Virus record (IMG/VR): IMGVR_UViG_3300046000_001751
Coordinates: 1 to 31,381 of that record
Reading direction: 5' to 3' (one strand)
Length of the DNA stretch: 31,381 nucleotides
Source of the DNA: a virus
Taxonomy: Duplodnaviria > Caudoviricetes
Made by a program: the position numbers and the translations under genes. Under the pieces are notes generated by a model. The model searched no databases and was not told the origin of the DNA. It saw only the letters and a program-made list of their open reading frames with translations. Shown here one piece after another: positions 24,344-31,381 of this stretch (positions within the stretch are counted from its first letter, which is position 1; each line of letters begins with the position of its first letter).

Positions 24344-24908
24344 TGTCTACCACCTTTGCAAGTAACTCAGGAGCGTATAGCTCTAACATCTCTATTGCGT
24401 ATTTCACTTTATCCTCTACTCTCTGACCTGCTGGTTGGGCCTTTGACCAAAGCTCTAGGTTTTCTATGCGGTTATCAGAACGATTACCGTTCTTATGGTG
24501 TACTGATTCATTAGCTTCTAGTTTTCTGCTAATGTGTTCTTCCATTACTAAACGATGCTCATATTCGTAAGCACCTTTTTTCCCATTACCAGTTACTGTT
24601 CTTATCTGGACATAACCACCTTGACCAGTAACAGAACCAGTATTTTTAATTATATTTGGATCTCCATATAAAGAGTTGCGCCTATAGTGCATCTTACAAA
24701 AACCTTTAGCAACAACTCTTTTGGTACAATCTTCAATAGTGCAGTCAGGATTTACTGCCTTAAAATAACCACCACCTCGTGACGGATTATAGGTTAATGG
24801 ATCACCGTTTCTTTTCCATCTAGCCCAATGCTTACTGCACCAACCTTTAGCTTTAACTTGTAGTTCACATCCATCAATACTGCAAGGGTAATAGTTTTTA
24901 TATGGCAT
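24336..24908 (-). CDS. HNH homing endonuclease
   Basis: Two C-x4-C...G-x-C-x2-H repeats, and EHRLVM...VHHKNGNRSDNRIENLELW. Confidence 0.92.
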   Translation of the reverse strand: MPYKNYYPCSIDGCELQVKAKGWCSKHWARWKRNGDPLTYNPSRGGGYFKAVNPDCTIEDCTKRVVAKGFCKMHYRRNSLYGDPNIIKNTGSVTGQGGYVQIRTVTGNGKKGAYEYEHRLVMEEHISRKLEANESVHHKNGNRSDNRIENLELWSKAQPAGQRVEDKVKYAIEMLELYAPELLAKVVDNA

Positions 24909-24919
24909 AGCTTATCCTA

Positions 24920-25432
24920 TCACGCAGAAGATTTAATTCCGTAGAGTGAGAAGGTTGAGCCAGATTTCAAACTACCTGCCGATGGTTTTATTGTTATAGT
25001 CGTAATTGCAGCGGTGCTACGCCATAAACCTACAACCGCACTTGTTCCAGCGTAAGTTGCATCATTGTTATCGTATCTACATAAAGCAGTTTTGTTAGTT
25101 GTAGTATTTGAATAATTCTGAATATTCCATCTCAAAACACCTGAAACTACAGAACTTGGAGCGACATTGTATGCGCCCCAAATGTGGCTAGTATTTGCTA
25201 ATCGGTCAGATGCAGCACTACTCCCAGTTCCATATAAAGAAGTGATTGAATAATTGTTACCAGTATCAGAATTAAATTGCATACCTACTGCATTACCACC
25301 AGTAGTCTGTCCAAATTGAGCAATAATAACTAAATCTGTATATGTGCCACTAATACTAGAAAATGAAATACTTGCGGTATCGCTACCCAAAGTCTGTGTT
25401 GCTAATGCAACGTATGTATTTCCTGCTGGCAT
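24920..25432 (-). CDS. Virion fibre/decoration protein (paralogue family)
   Basis: SFSSISGTYTDL...FNSDTGNNY...FSLYGI. Confidence 0.7.
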   Translation of the reverse strand: MPAGNTYVALATQTLGSDTASISFSSISGTYTDLVIIAQFGQTTGGNAVGMQFNSDTGNNYSITSLYGTGSSAASDRLANTSHIWGAYNVAPSSVVSGVLRWNIQNYSNTTTNKTALCRYDNNDATYAGTSAVVGLWRSTAAITTITIKPSAGSLKSGSTFSLYGIKSSA

Positions 25433-26025
25433 TAGTTTCCTCCCTTGATTCCGTAAAGCGCAAATTGACTATACTCGTTAAATAAAGTTCCAGTAGTTGG
25501 AGTAATAGTAATTGAAGTAACAGCACTTGTAGACATCCAGGCAGCACTTACAAAAAATACCTCACCACTTACAGTGTTCATATCTTGACCACTTAAAGCA
25601 CGAAGTGTTTTATATTTATTTGTATTGGCATAATCTAATATATCTATGACAGAAGTTCCAAAAGAACTAGCCAATGTTGGCGCTCCATCTGCAGTTAGTC
25701 GGTAAATTGTCATCAAGGTTCCTGATGTATTGGCACCTGCATACACAGCACTACCGTTGCCTTGAATGTAATGGTTGGTTACATAGTTAGTTCCAGTATC
25801 AGAATTAAATCTCATATTAAGTGAGTCAATTCCAGCAGTTGAACGATTAGTTCTACCAATTAATCTAATTTGTAAATGCGTATAAGTACTAGGAATAGAA
25901 CTAAATGTAATTGTTCCAGAGCCACCGCTACCAACCGTAGTAGTAGCAATAGAGTCATAGGCACCGCTAGGTGCAAACAGATGGCCTGAAATTTGTGAGG
26001 CGTAGATACCGAGGATAGGTGCCAT
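25432..26025 (-). CDS. Virion fibre/decoration protein (paralogue family)
   Basis: TFSSIPSTYTHL...FNSDTGTNY...FALYGI. Confidence 0.7.
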   Translation of the reverse strand: MAPILGIYASQISGHLFAPSGAYDSIATTTVGSGGSGTITFSSIPSTYTHLQIRLIGRTNRSTAGIDSLNMRFNSDTGTNYVTNHYIQGNGSAVYAGANTSGTLMTIYRLTADGAPTLASSFGTSVIDILDYANTNKYKTLRALSGQDMNTVSGEVFFVSAAWMSTSAVTSITITPTTGTLFNEYSQFALYGIKGGN

Positions 26026-26393
26026 TAACTAATGTCTCCAATCACATACCAAGTATCTGTTGCTACCTTAACTAAGGTTGCAGCCGAGTACTGTGCTCGC
26101 AGTTTTGGAGCAGCAGGTGTACCACCATTAGATAGAACAGTTGTTGTACCGCTAGTTACTGCATTGATTGTTACCTGACCTGCACCGATCTGGATGATGT
26201 TAATTTGGCAACCAATCGGAAATGCAACAGATGCGTTAGTTGGAATTGAGTAAGTCTGAGCAGATGCGTTGCTAGCTGTAATCAGCTCATTATTAGCATC
26301 AGCCAGGACAAAGGTATATGTCGTGCCAGTCTTGGCATCAATAACCAAAGCAGCAGATGCTTGGACTGTACCACCTACAATGTTAATAGCCAT
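26025..26393 (-). CDS. Tail fibre adaptor-like protein
   Basis: TGTTYT...GAGQVTI...LRAQYSAATL, paralogous to the C-terminus of 26713-27534. Confidence 0.65.
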   Translation of the reverse strand: MAINIVGGTVQASAALVIDAKTGTTYTFVLADANNELITASNASAQTYSIPTNASVAFPIGCQINIIQIGAGQVTINAVTSGTTTVLSNGGTPAAPKLRAQYSAATLVKVATDTWYVIGDIS

Positions 26394-26713
26394 TAGTTAC
26401 CCTCACTTCCAAATGCGCTAAATGATGAAGTACCAGTTGTTGAGTACACAGTAATTACATCCGTGTTAGCCAGAGTGATACCACCTTGAATGGAGAAAAC
26501 TCCACCTGATGGAACCTGTACGCCATAGACGATGTAGTGCTGGTTAGCAAGTGATGCACCTGCTGGTCGGACCGCAACTCGAATTAGATCGGCTGCGCCT
26601 CCGATGTTGGCTACGTTAAGAGTAGACACAATCGTTGCATTAGTTGCTGTGTACAGCGTTGTAGCTGTAGCAGCACTAGGTGCAGATTGGGCTAATACTT
26701 TATATGTTGGCAT
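26393..26713 (-). CDS. Small virion beta protein
   Basis: MPTYKVLAQSAP...SFSAFGSE. Confidence 0.7.
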   Translation of the reverse strand: MPTYKVLAQSAPSAATATTLYTATNATIVSTLNVANIGGAADLIRVAVRPAGASLANQHYIVYGVQVPSGGVFSIQGGITLANTDVITVYSTTGTSSFSAFGSEGN

Positions 26714-27534
26714 TAGGCTAGATCCCCGATCACTGTGAAGTTGTTGCTTGATGTACAGATAATGGTTGCTGCACTGAACTGAGCGCGTAGGTTTGGTGCA
26801 GTAGATGTAGCACCAGTTGAGGTAAGAACAGTAGTTCCATCGTTTCTAATCTGCACTGTTCCTGCGCCTAGTTGCTGAATGTTAATCTGCTGACCTGTAG
26901 TAAAGACTCCATTAGGTACAGTCAAAGTTATTGTGCTTGCGTTGCTGAGTGTGACTAACTTGTTAAGATCACCTGCTACCAGCGTGTAGGTAGTTCCAGT
27001 TTGAGCGTTAAATACTATGTTGACATCTGCAGGTGTGGACCACTTAAGTCCCATTGCTGTAGTTGAATCTGCAGTCAGCACCTGCCCGTTAGTTCCAACC
27101 GCAAGGTTATCTGGCACACCTGATGCTGTTGCACCAACGATGTCACCCTTTGCTGTAACCAGCGCCTTTGGAATTGCTGCATCTGCAGTTGCTACTCCTG
27201 CTGTAAAGAATGTTGCATCATCACCGGTAAGTACGTGCTTAACAGTTGCACCTGCAGTGTGAGCGATACCTGACACACCAGCCGTTCCTGTTCCTGCCTG
27301 ACCACGTGAGATTGTGAAGGTGTCTGTTGCTACCTGCGTAATCCAAACAATTTCTTCGTTTTGTGTATCTACATCTAGGGCTACAGCAAACGAGTCAACG
27401 TTGCCTGCTGCAAGGCTAACTCCACCCATCAAGGCAGAACCAGTGCCAGCAGCTACAGTCATAGACGTAGCCGTTGTATTGATGCTAGCCGCAAGGGTTG
27501 TGGCAACCGAAGTCGTACTATATTTTCTGGTCAT
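26713..27534 (-). CDS. Tail fibre-like protein
   Basis: EIV...RG...AHTAGATV, AKGDIV, GTNGQVLTADS...GLKW fibre motifs. Confidence 0.7.
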   Translation of the reverse strand: MTRKYSTTSVATTLAASINTTATSMTVAAGTGSALMGGVSLAAGNVDSFAVALDVDTQNEEIVWITQVATDTFTISRGQAGTGTAGVSGIAHTAGATVKHVLTGDDATFFTAGVATADAAIPKALVTAKGDIVGATASGVPDNLAVGTNGQVLTADSTTAMGLKWSTPADVNIVFNAQTGTTYTLVAGDLNKLVTLSNASTITLTVPNGVFTTGQQINIQQLGAGTVQIRNDGTTVLTSTGATSTAPNLRAQFSAATIICTSSNNFTVIGDLA

Positions 27535-27553
27535 TGTTTATGCTGCCTTTTCT

Positions 27554-28450
27554 TTAACGGGTGAAGTGAACGCGAATTGGGAACTTGTCAGATAGCTTGA
27601 GTGACTCATCCTGCAAGCGCTGTTGATACAGCGCATAGATGTATCTGGAGTTTGTAGAACCAGCTGCCCCTGGAACCTTGCTATCGGCAAGGTCAGATTC
27701 AGCGCTAGTCAAGTTGATACGACCAGGATCCACAAATGAGAGCAGACGATAGGCGGCTCCATAGACAACTACATCTCGGCAAGACTCAGGTAATCCTGTT
27801 ACTGCGCTGAAGTCATCTGTTCCAGATGTCATTGTCTGCGGTGTTGCTGCATACCAAACCTGAATAGTTCTACCAGGCTGTACGTTCTCGTAGATGTTAA
27901 TAGTCTTTTGTGTGTTAAATGTAGCAACGTTAGCCATAAGGTCTGCACGCCACTTCTTGATTGGTAGCCACTCACGGCTAGAACCTGTTGTCTGCCAAGA
28001 CATATACAGAACATTCTGTACATCATCTGGCAAAGCATATGTAACTTGGCTTGCGTTAAAAGTAAACGTGTATGAGTAGACAGCCCACAACTTAGGATAG
28101 ACAGAGTTGATTGTGTCGTTGATAGCCTGCTTGATGTTGGTGCGTGGGTATGACGGGGTTAGAATAACCTGAGAGTTAACAGCGTGTGGTGCAGGAGATG
28201 TACCTTGGTAGCCACGTCCAAAGCCTGGAGCGGCATTCATTGTGTTGTTCTCTTTGGTAAAGTTATCAACCCAGATAAGCTCGTCATCGATTTCGATGAT
28301 GCCCTTAGCCAAGTTGTTAGATGAGCCGATAGGAATAGATGTGCTTGTTGTAGTCAAAGCACTGGTCAGATACGAAATACGATCTTGACGCAGGGTGAAA
28401 CCTGCAAGTGAAGATCTAACTTCACCTATCAGATCATTTAGAGTTGCCAT
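27554..28450 (-). CDS. Virion structural protein (head-tail adaptor-like)
   Basis: 298 aa. IEIDDELI...GRGYQGT domain followed by an adaptor-like region. Role inferred. Confidence 0.55.
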   Translation of the reverse strand: MATLNDLIGEVRSSLAGFTLRQDRISYLTSALTTTSTSIPIGSSNNLAKGIIEIDDELIWVDNFTKENNTMNAAPGFGRGYQGTSPAPHAVNSQVILTPSYPRTNIKQAINDTINSVYPKLWAVYSYTFTFNASQVTYALPDDVQNVLYMSWQTTGSSREWLPIKKWRADLMANVATFNTQKTINIYENVQPGRTIQVWYAATPQTMTSGTDDFSAVTGLPESCRDVVVYGAAYRLLSFVDPGRINLTSAESDLADSKVPGAAGSTNSRYIYALYQQRLQDESLKLSDKFPIRVHFTR

Positions 28451-29491
28451 TCATTTTCTCCTTATAGAACGCAAGGTTCTTTGCCAGTCGCTCATCATTT
28501 GGACTTATCTTTAGTGCTTCTTTACCGTACTTGTATGCCATCTTCCATCGGCCTAATTGCCAGCAACTAATCGCTGCTAGGTCATAACCCATATGTCCCC
28601 ACGCCCAAGACTCTGCTAGAAACTGTGAAGGCTTCTCAGTAAACAACAGTGCTTTCTCAGCAACTAGCAGGCATTCATCCCACATAGCCTTGGTGTAGTA
28701 ATAGTTTGCTAACGCAAGGATTGACTCCCTGCTTGCAAACTCTTCTGTGCCTTTGAGTAACCACTCTTCAGCTTCATCTGGTTCAGCCTTAGCCAAGATG
28801 CGACAGGCTGCAGATCTTTCTTCTGGAAAGATACTTAACTCTAAATACTTCTTCAGCGATTCAGCTGACTTGTCATACTGCTGGTGGTAAGACTGTTCTC
28901 TACCTAAGTAGTACAAGTTTCTAGCATCAGGGTTTTCTTTAACTGCCATCTCTAGCATTGGCAGGTACTGACCACGGGACTTTTCTTTATCCTGCAAGTG
29001 GTGAGTTTCAAAGCCTGTAACAAACTCTTTGACTTCTTCACGCTCGTGGTACCACTGCGGTACTTCGTGAATCGGATAGTGCCAGCGTATTCCTTCTCGC
29101 CTATGCACCTTAAAGCCATTGAACTCTGAGGCAACTGATCCATCTGGATTAAAGGCTTCGATACGTCTGTAGTGCAGACGATCTATTCCTCTAGCAAACG
29201 CTTCCTCAACTGGCTTGCGCCAACCAGGTGTAAGCACCTCATCCATATCTAGTGCGATACAGTAATCAGCATCTTTAGGAACTACGGCAAGCGATGCGTT
29301 CCTCGCGTCATCAAATCTAAATGGGAAAATATGGATCGGGACAACCGTGATGCCAAGACCTCTAGCAATCTCAACGGTTCTGTCTGTTGATCCTGTGTCT
29401 GCGATGACGTGGTAATCAGCTTCCTTGGTGGAGTTGTACCAGCGTTCAACGTGCTTTTCCTCATTCTTTGAAATCGTATAGATTGCTATTT

Positions 29492-29495
<4 letters not shown>
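28434..29495 (-). CDS. GT2-family glycosyltransferase with C-terminal TPR-like repeats
   Basis: ISKNEE, DTGSTDRT, FDDARN, LDMDE, IHE, then helical YYLGRE repeats. Confidence 0.9.
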
Positions 29496-31277
<1,782 letters not shown>

Positions 31278-31278
<1 letters not shown>

Positions 31279-31381
31279 CAAGCACCTTCATCAATGCTTT
31301 GGAGTGCTGCGTTTGCAGTAAGGCGAGTAGTACCAGCGATGCGGTTACATACGCCAGTAAAATCAAGATGATCCGCCGGAT
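31278..31381 (-). CDS. 3' end of a structural-region gene, truncated by the window edge
   Basis: ...LDFTGVCNRIAGTTRLTANAALQSIDEGA*, TGATG coupling to the next gene. Confidence 0.6.

Overview
A 31.4-kb stretch of a tailed dsDNA phage genome with no integrase in view. WhiB, a sigma factor, a split primase and actinobacterial-type regulator sites suggest an actinobacterial host; a freshwater acI-type host is an inference. Four blocks are visible. (1) 1-6720 (-): terminase, portal and the start of a very large virion protein. (2) 6721-7592: a non-coding control region with a hairpin-rich terminase leader and a dense set of host regulator sites (CRP box, 3 DnaA boxes, 2 MprA-type boxes, several palindromes). 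(3) 7593-11432 (+): a translationally coupled early operon of tiny genes, many with CxxC pairs, containing a complete hammerhead ribozyme and an SLT-type gene. (4) 11595-18906 (-): a replication/regulation operon (HslV-like protease, Cas4-like nuclease, WhiB, DnaB-like helicase, resolvase, split primase, Nmad1, sigma factor, methyltransferase). It is followed by lysis, tail/fibre, glycosyltransferase and collagen genes at 19357-31381 (-). The main signal is a non-coding regulatory layer: the ribozyme, a candidate sRNA antisense to the ribosome-binding site just after it, two candidate sRNAs sharing a 5' CGAGGCA seed, a symmetric GACAC bidirectional promoter, and the host-factor site array. All protein calls come from motif recognition by eye; no searches were run.
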